Position numbers and translations under genes: made by a program. A stretch of DNA of 64,000 bases from the NCBI GenBank assembly GCA_934180065.1, contig CAKPRA010000008.1:344-64343 (forward strand), written 5' to 3'. Shown here in pieces: positions 57,539 to 64,000 of the stretch. This DNA is from an uncultured Clostridia bacterium (GTDB lineage Bacteria; Bacillota; Clostridia; TANB77; CAG-508). The notes beneath the pieces were generated by a model. The model saw nothing but the letters and a program-made list of their open reading frames with translations. It ran no database searches and had not been told where the DNA came from. How positions within the stretch are numbered: position 1 is the stretch's first letter; each line of letters starts with the position of its first letter.

Positions 57539-58033
57539 ATGGAAAAAGAAAAAATTAATGAAATGTTAAATAATATGGAGGAAGCCAGAGCAAAAATGGC
57601 GCCTTTGTACGAGGGAATTAAAGAATTCGATTCTAATCTCGTATATTTAACAAAATTTTTAAAACAACGGACAATAGGTTGGCAAAACGTACTTGAATAC
57701 TCTAACAAAAAAATTAAATCATTTAAATGTGATTTTATGGAGTTTTCAAAGTTTATTGAGGTTTTGGAAAATGATTTTGCAGAGCTCCAAGAAATTTTGT
57801 CAGAAGAAGAAAATCCGCCATATGGAGAATTTGTTAATCTCCGTATTGATGATATTCCAGAGTTGACAGAACGAGCAAGACATGCTTGCAAGAGAGTCGA
57901 GATAAATACGTTAGGTGACTTTGTAATAAGAATATCCTCAAAAAAAGATTTATTAGACATCAAAAATGTTGGTGTAAAAACCTCAAAACAAATTATAGAA
58001 GTTATGTCTAAATATGGTATTAAATTGGAATAA
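57539..58033 (+). CDS. Helical protein with RpoA alpha-CTD-like C-terminal domain, paralogue 2
   Basis: MEKEKINE...; C-terminus LTERARHACKRVEINTLGDFV...LLDIKNVGVKTSKQIIEVMSKYGIKL. Confidence 0.6.
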   Translation: MEKEKINEMLNNMEEARAKMAPLYEGIKEFDSNLVYLTKFLKQRTIGWQNVLEYSNKKIKSFKCDFMEFSKFIEVLENDFAELQEILSEEENPPYGEFVNLRIDDIPELTERARHACKRVEINTLGDFVIRISSKKDLLDIKNVGVKTSKQIIEVMSKYGIKLE

Positions 58034-58042
58034 ATTTTCCAT

Positions 58043-58066
58043 GCGGCACTTAGGTGCCGCTTTTTT
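58043..58066 (+). terminator. Intrinsic terminator, copy 2
   Basis: gcggcac ttag gtgccgc tttttt. Confidence 0.85.
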
Positions 58067-58074
58067 AACTTCAA

Positions 58075-58665
58075 GGGTAAACCACGGGTTATACCCGTGG
58101 TACAGGAAAGCTTATAGCGTTGAGTAAAGTAACAAAAATCCCCACTCAAAACATGATATAATATTTAAAGTTTGACGGCTAAAAATATTAATAATGAGAG
58201 GAGTGGGGCGTATGAAAAAAGTCCATACACAGATAGTTTAGTACACACAATATGGGAATGCAAGTACCATATTGTGTTTGCACCAAAGTTCAGAAGAAAA
58301 GAAATATACGGAAAATTGAAACAAGAGATAGGAATGATATTGAGAGAATTATGTAGAAGAAAAGAAGTAGAGATAATAAATGCAGAGGCATGTCCAGATC
58401 ATATACATATGTATGTAAGTATATTACCAAAATTATGCATATCATCGTTCATGGGATACTTAAAAGGAAGAAAATCAACTAAAAGAAGATATGATGTCAG
58501 ATCAATTAACAATAAAAGAATATAAAGACCCTTTTAAAGGGTAGTAAGTAATAAGAACGCAAGCGAAAGTGGCGTAAGCCGTCAAACTGATACCGCTTAA
58601 GCGGTGGCTTGTAACAAGGCCTTATAGACCGAAATGAAAATCCACGGGTTTTACCCATGGATTGT
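58075..58665 (+). mobile_element. Decayed IS200-type element (IS200/IS605 family)
   Basis: Subterminal hairpins ccacgggttatacccgtgg (58082-58100) and ccacgggttttacccatgg (58642-58660) flank a damaged tnpA. Confidence 0.65.
58212..58544 (+). pseudogene. tnpA: IS200 tnpA (Y1 HUH transposase) pseudogene: N-terminal frameshift plus internal deletion
   Basis: ATG 58212 (gaggag RBS) is out of frame with ...SLVHTIWECKYHIVFAPKFRRK...CPDHIHMYVSI (A6 run 58215-58220). The reading frame is lost after YLKGRKS. The conserved C-terminal end QLTIKEYKDPFKG* reappears in another frame at 58491-58544. Confidence 0.7.
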
Positions 58666-58954
58666 TATGATACATCGGACAAAATAAATGAAGGAATACA
58701 AGAATTTAAGTAAATAAAAAATGAAATCTTAAATAGAAAATTTTAGGGCTTTATTTTTTTACCTTATAAGAATATAAAAACAAGCAACGATAATATTTTG
58801 AGAGTTACTGAAAATAAAAATGTATTAAAAGTAATGCTTTATATGTTGTAAGAAAATTTCTTATATGCTAAAATAGATTTGAAAGAAAAAATAAGGATTT
58901 CTAAATAAATATAACGTATTTTAACAATATTCAGTGGAATAGGAGAAAGAGATT

Positions 58955-60091
58955 ATGGCTAACAATTCAACTATATATATGCAAAATTATATAAGAGAAG
59001 TTTTTGACATAGTAACAGAGTTATATAAAGATGTTGCACCTGAATTAATTTCAGAATCATTTAAAATTGATGTGAAAGATGTACTTAGTACAAGTAGTCA
59101 AGATATAATGGAAAAACTTAATAATTTAGAAATAAATTATAAAATAGTAGAAGAAAATGATAAAGAACAGATTTGGTATCAAGATTCAGTAAATGAAAAA
59201 TTAGTGGCTAAATTGTCAGGCCAAAAAATTCCTAGTAAATCAGATGAATTAAGATTATATCTGAATGAACCAGAAATATTAGATAAAACATCTGTAGAAG
59301 ATATAAAAAAAGCAAGAGATTTAACAGGTATGTCAAAAATAATTTCAGATATAAATTTTATAAGTCATGAAATGGCACATGCTTTTGAGCATATTATTAA
59401 AGTAGAAAATCCTTCATATATAGATTCAAGTATATATTTAGCAAACAACAATAAAAATATGATAGACTATGATATAGGGGAAGCTTTTGCTGAGTCTATG
59501 GAGAGAATAATATTAGATAGGTTATCAGAAGAGGGGCAACTAGAAAAGTATGGATTAAACCAATATGCAACAAAAGCTGATATAGAAGATGTCTGGAATA
59601 AAAAGAGGATAATTCCTTTTACAAAAAGAGGTATTATAGGTAAAACAGAAGATGGACAAGATATGACTCGTTTGGATTTGGATTTAGAAATATATGAATT
59701 TATGAAAGAAAACGGAATGAAAGAAACAGTTAATTATATGAAAACTTTAGATTTACATAGTTTGTATAGCACTATTCCTAACAAGAATGATATAGGGAAA
59801 ATAGAAGAATTTTGTAAAAACGTATCTGCAGGAAGATATAGTGAGTTTTTGATACCAGAAGGACAAAAATATGAACCAGTTTATTCTAATGATGAAATTT
59901 TAACATTAATTAGACAAATGCAAACAGAAAATAATGTTAAATCAGTACAAGAATTAGGAAAGGAAACACTATTAAATCAAAAAGATATTCAATCTATAGA
60001 TTTTGAAGAAAATTTAATAGTAAAAGAAGAGAGATATATAGAAGCAGAAAGAGAAGAAAAATTAGGAAACATAAGAGGAGAGAAAAAGTAA
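58955..60091 (+). CDS. Hypothetical protein with HExxH metalloprotease-like motif
   Basis: SHEMAHAFEH; RBS aggagaaag. Confidence 0.5.
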   Translation: MANNSTIYMQNYIREVFDIVTELYKDVAPELISESFKIDVKDVLSTSSQDIMEKLNNLEINYKIVEENDKEQIWYQDSVNEKLVAKLSGQKIPSKSDELRLYLNEPEILDKTSVEDIKKARDLTGMSKIISDINFISHEMAHAFEHIIKVENPSYIDSSIYLANNNKNMIDYDIGEAFAESMERIILDRLSEEGQLEKYGLNQYATKADIEDVWNKKRIIPFTKRGIIGKTEDGQDMTRLDLDLEIYEFMKENGMKETVNYMKTLDLHSLYSTIPNKNDIGKIEEFCKNVSAGRYSEFLIPEGQKYEPVYSNDEILTLIRQMQTENNVKSVQELGKETLLNQKDIQSIDFEENLIVKEERYIEAEREEKLGNIRGEKK

Positions 60092-60546
60092 TGATTGACA
60101 TAAAACATGCTAATGCATATAGTGAAGTTTTAGAAATATTAAACTATATATCTATCCAAGATTATAATAAAATACCAAAAGAAAAAATTGAAGTATTTGA
60201 AAAGCTTTCTAATAAAGAATATAAATTTAGTTATAATCCTAATGTTTCATTAGATGAAAATAACGTTTCTAATATTACTAAGACTATAATAGCTATTCTT
60301 TTTAGAGATTACTGGGCAACTGAAATACAAAGAGAAAAAATAATATCAAAACAAAATTATGATAGAGCTATTTTTGAAGAAGAAAAAAGAAAAATTTATA
60401 ATCCAGACAATATTTTTAATAAATATAAGCAAAAAAGTAAAATAGAAGAAAGTACTATTCAAAACGACGTTGCTTTAGTAGAGCATAAAGAATCAATTCT
60501 TAAGAGATTAATAAATAAAATAAAAAGTTTTTTTCATATAAATTGA
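60091..60546 (+). CDS. Hypothetical protein, translationally coupled to the upstream gene
   Basis: TAATG overlap at 60088-60093. Terminator aaataggttact...agtagcctattt + T-run at ~60571-60608. Confidence 0.5.
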   Translation: MIDIKHANAYSEVLEILNYISIQDYNKIPKEKIEVFEKLSNKEYKFSYNPNVSLDENNVSNITKTIIAILFRDYWATEIQREKIISKQNYDRAIFEEEKRKIYNPDNIFNKYKQKSKIEESTIQNDVALVEHKESILKRLINKIKSFFHIN

Positions 60547-60966
60547 TAAAAATGATATATATTAATATAAATAGGTTACTAAATATATAGTAGCCTATTT
60601 ATTTTTTGTATTAGTAATCCAAATTTCAAATTCTTTTGCAGAGATTTCCTTATTTTGATATTTACTTTCATAATGAATTTCATTCCTTTCTCGATTCGCT
60701 CGAAGGCTCACATAGGTATGAAAGCCTCAATAATTTTCCATTAAAGTTAGAGAGAAAAATAAGCAAAAAAGAAAGGCGTTCTATTCAATGTGTTAGGACG
60801 ACGCAGTAAATTCTCATATTGGTACAGCATTGCGGTGGTGTGAGAGGGGAGGAACACACTAAGTGTTATCCTCTACTCGATTTTTTCTTGACAGATTTTT
60901 ATTAAAAATATATAATTTGTTTGTGAAAATAATAAATTCCACAATTTTTATAAGGGGAATAAACAT

Positions 60967-62691
60967 ATGAAGAAAAAAGTATTAATTTGTATTGTTTCTA
61001 TAATTTTAATAATAGGGATAATCTTGATTATAAATATTAATAAAGATAATAAAAAATATGAATATACAATTGAAAAACTAGGCGAAGCAAATTATTTTTT
61101 ATTAATGAAGGAAAATAAATATGGGATTATAGATAAGCAAGGCAATATTATAATTGATCCATTATATGATATTATCGAAATGCCAAATCCATCTAAAGAT
61201 ATATTCATTTGTAAAAGTAATTATAATGCAGAAAGTAATGAATATAATGTTCAAGTTTTTAATAGCAAAAAAGAGCCAATATTGTATCAATATTATATTG
61301 TTGAAGCTATACCATTAAATAATATTGAAAATAATGGTTTTTTCGAAAAGAGTGTATTAAAATATAAGTCTGAAGGGTTGTATGGATTAATAGACTTATC
61401 AGGGAAAAAAATAACAGATGCTATTTATGAATCAATTGATGGGTTTGAATATAAAGAAGGCATGTTACTTGTAAAAAAATCTGGAAAATATGGAATTATT
61501 AATATAAATGGAGCTGTTATTGTTAAAAATAAATATGATGAAATAACATGTGATGGATATTTTAATAAAGATTCAAACTATAATGATAGTGGATATATCG
61601 TAGGAACAAGAACTGATAACGGTATGAGATATGGATATATAGATACAAATCGTAAAATATTGTTGAAAAACGATTTTAATGATATATATAGAATTACAGA
61701 TAAATATGATAATAATATTTATATTGTAGCATATAAGAATGGAAAAGCTGGATTATATAAAAACAAAAAAATAATGTTAAAACATGATTATGAAGATATT
61801 TTATATAATGCAGATAATGATTTATTAATATTACAAAAAGCATCAAAACAGGGTGTTTCGAAGTTTGATGGAACTGCTATAGTTCCAATTGAATATGATA
61901 ATATCTTTTTTGCTGGAAATTATATCAATGCTCAAAAGGGTGAGAATATAGATATATTCGATTCAAATGGAAATAAAGATTCTAACACAGAATATATAAG
62001 TAAACAAAATTTTAATAATAATAAATATGAGATTGTTTCTACATCAAAAGATGAATATAAAGTTATAATTAAAGATAGTGATAAAGTAATTGAAAATGGA
62101 TATTCATATATACAATACTTATCTGATAATTATTTTATGGTTCAAAAAGATAATTTGTTTGGAATTATAGATGATTCTGGAAAATATATTATTGAACCAA
62201 AATATAAGATAATTCAACCAATATATGATTATAATATAATTGAATTGATAAATGATAAAAATAATGTTATCTTAATTGATAATAAAATGAAAGAGCTTGC
62301 AGAATTTAAGGAAGGAAATATTTACAATATAGGTAATTTCTTGAAGGTATCTACTAGCAATGATGTAAAGTATATAAATAAATCTGGAGAATTAGTGGAA
62401 AATTTAGAGGCTTTTTCAAATAATAAGTTATTTGCTTTTTGTGAAAAGAATAAATGGGGATTTAAAGATAAAGACGGTAATATTGTAGTTAAACCTATAT
62501 ATGAATTAGTTACTGAATTTAATGAATTTGGATTTGCTGGAATTAAATCTAAAGGATTATGGGGATCTATAGACGAAAATGGTACAGTTATTAAGAATCC
62601 ATCATATAGTTTAAATCAAGAGCCAAGCTTTATTAATGAATATTATAAAGTTGATTTAGGATATGGAGAGCCATATTATACTAATTCATAG
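60967..62691 (+). CDS. WG-repeat (KWG-type beta-propeller-like repeat) protein with N-terminal membrane anchor
   Basis: Many repeats of the type GKYGIINxxGxxIIxPxYDxI; N-terminal TM. Confidence 0.7.
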   Translation: MKKKVLICIVSIILIIGIILIININKDNKKYEYTIEKLGEANYFLLMKENKYGIIDKQGNIIIDPLYDIIEMPNPSKDIFICKSNYNAESNEYNVQVFNSKKEPILYQYYIVEAIPLNNIENNGFFEKSVLKYKSEGLYGLIDLSGKKITDAIYESIDGFEYKEGMLLVKKSGKYGIININGAVIVKNKYDEITCDGYFNKDSNYNDSGYIVGTRTDNGMRYGYIDTNRKILLKNDFNDIYRITDKYDNNIYIVAYKNGKAGLYKNKKIMLKHDYEDILYNADNDLLILQKASKQGVSKFDGTAIVPIEYDNIFFAGNYINAQKGENIDIFDSNGNKDSNTEYISKQNFNNNKYEIVSTSKDEYKVIIKDSDKVIENGYSYIQYLSDNYFMVQKDNLFGIIDDSGKYIIEPKYKIIQPIYDYNIIELINDKNNVILIDNKMKELAEFKEGNIYNIGNFLKVSTSNDVKYINKSGELVENLEAFSNNKLFAFCEKNKWGFKDKDGNIVVKPIYELVTEFNEFGFAGIKSKGLWGSIDENGTVIKNPSYSLNQEPSFINEYYKVDLGYGEPYYTNS

Positions 62692-62792
62692 GATATATTA
62701 CTATTTACAGAATTTTAATAAATCTACATAATGTGACATTTGGTTTATAGGTAAATCCATAAAAACCTAAATTTTTATGTGAGGATTTTAGA

Positions 62793-64000
62793 ATGTATAA
62801 AGAATTTGGAATAAAAGATGAAGTTTTAGATTTATCAAAAAAAGTTGAAAAAGATATTTCATCTATTATAGATGATGTTAACAAAAGATGTGAAATTAAT
62901 ACTTTAAAAGTATTAAAAGCTTTTAATAAATACAATATTTCAGACATGCACTTTGGAAGTACAACAGGTTATGGATATGGTGATGTAGGAAGAGATACTA
63001 TTGAAAAGGTTTTTGCGGAGGTTTTAGGTGCAGAAGATGCTTTGGTTAGAAGTCAATTCATTTCAGGAACACATGCTTTAACTGTAGCTTTATTTGCATT
63101 CTTAAGACCGAATGATACTATGGTTAGTGTTTGCGGTAAACCGTATGATACTCTAGATGAGGTTATAGGAATTGTTGAAAATAATAGCTCTTTGAAATCT
63201 TTTGGGGTAAATTATGAACAAATTGATTTAATTGATAATGATTTTGATTATGAGAAAATTCGTGAGAGAATGAGCAAAAATGATGTTAAATTAATTGAAA
63301 TTCAGCGATCTAGAGGATATGCTTTACGTAAAAGTTTGACTTTAGATAAAATTGAAAGAGTAATTTCTACAATTAGAGCTGTTAATAAAGATGTTATTAT
63401 TATGGTTGATAATTGTTATGGTGAATTTGTTGATGATAAAGAGCCTTTAGCTGTTGGGGCTGATGTTATTGTAGGATCTCTTATAAAGAATTTAGGCGGA
63501 GGTATTGCTCCAAATGGTGCATATATTGCAGGTAAAAAAGAGCTTGTTGAGCTTGCAGCCGAAAGATTAACTGCTCCTGGACTTGGTAAAGAAGTTGGTC
63601 CAACACTTGGTATAAATAAGTATATTTTACAAGGATTATTTTTTGCTCCTAGTGTTGTTGCAAGCAGTTTAAAGACAGCTATATATACTAGTAAAATGAT
63701 GGAAGAGCTTGGATTTAAACCAGTACCTGCATCTGATGAAAAAAGATCAGATATTGTTCAAACAATTGAGTTTGGAGATAAAGAAAAATTGATTAAATAT
63801 TGCCAAGGAATTCAGATGGGATCACCTGTTGATTCAAATTCTATTCCTGAGCCATGGGATATGCCAGGATATACAGATCAAGTTATTATGGCGGCAGGAG
63901 CTTTTACACAAGGTTCATCAATAGAGCTTTCTTGTGATGCACCAATTAGACCTCCATATATAGCTTTTCAGCAAGGAGGACTAACTTATGAATATGGAAA
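62793..64000 (+). CDS. YnbB-like PLP-dependent enzyme (Met gamma-lyase/'aluminium resistance' family), 3' end outside the window
   Basis: Not in the ORF track because it runs off the window. ATG 62793 after gtgagga. ...FGSTTGYGYGDVGRDTIEKVFAEVLGAEDALVR...GSLIKNLGGGIAPNGAYIAG... Confidence 0.75.
   Translation, partial: MYKEFGIKDEVLDLSKKVEKDISSIIDDVNKRCEINTLKVLKAFNKYNISDMHFGSTTGYGYGDVGRDTIEKVFAEVLGAEDALVRSQFISGTHALTVALFAFLRPNDTMVSVCGKPYDTLDEVIGIVENNSSLKSFGVNYEQIDLIDNDFDYEKIRERMSKNDVKLIEIQRSRGYALRKSLTLDKIERVISTIRAVNKDVIIMVDNCYGEFVDDKEPLAVGADVIVGSLIKNLGGGIAPNGAYIAGKKELVELAAERLTAPGLGKEVGPTLGINKYILQGLFFAPSVVASSLKTAIYTSKMMEELGFKPVPASDEKRSDIVQTIEFGDKEKLIKYCQGIQMGSPVDSNSIPEPWDMPGYTDQVIMAAGAFTQGSSIELSCDAPIRPPYIAFQQGGLTYEYG

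Noticed and set aside
57397-58149. 250-aa minus-strand ORF
   Set aside because: It is antisense to the well-supported 57539-58033 gene and runs through its promoter, leader and terminator. It has no RBS and is a shadow ORF.

Overview
AT-rich (about 30% GC by eye) chromosomal window from a low-GC Firmicute (Clostridia/Tissierellia-like). Firmicute hallmarks present: a T-box leader on ileS, a CIRCE operator on groESL, and a BhlA/UviB-type holin. Three blocks. (1) 1-8550: host genes (FAD-dependent oxidoreductase 3' end, Fic, Lon-related protease, rimI-tsaB-tsaE, tRNA-Thr). A 1.6-kb two-gene insertion (unknown protein + MazG-like) sits here, bracketed by a 62-bp duplication of the oxidoreductase 3' end. 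(2) about 8534-41014: a roughly 32.5-kb siphovirus-type prophage integrated into the 3' end of tRNA-Thr(GGU), with 17-bp att cores and arm-type repeats. Gene order: integrase; a frameshifted cI-like repressor and Cro-like switch with palindromic operators; replication/RusA genes; ArpU-like regulator; HNH; GC-rich cos-like spacer; terminase; portal; ClpP protease; HK97 capsid; tail genes; tape measure; Dit/Tal; a deacetylase-tipped fibre; an IS110-family insertion; holin/lysin. It ends in an accessory cassette (GHKL-ATPase-like + STAS/DUF4325-like + 2-TM protein, then an XRE regulator) that I could not assign to any named system and rate the most interesting locus. (3) 41015-64000: host genes (ychF, two Tim44-like/zinc-ribbon paralogues, T-box-ileS, deoD, a hexapeptide transferase, pyrG, groESL, an OmpR/HK pair, a WG-repeat protein, a YnbB-like PLP enzyme). 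Interspersed are four copies of a ~50-nt G-block repeat, two of them inverted around an IS200-like Y1/HUH (RAYT-like) gene; a tandem pair of cassettes whose promoter, ~120-nt leader and terminator are better conserved than their coding regions; and a decayed IS200 element. All functional calls rest on motif recognition by eye. No database search or RNA folding was run.
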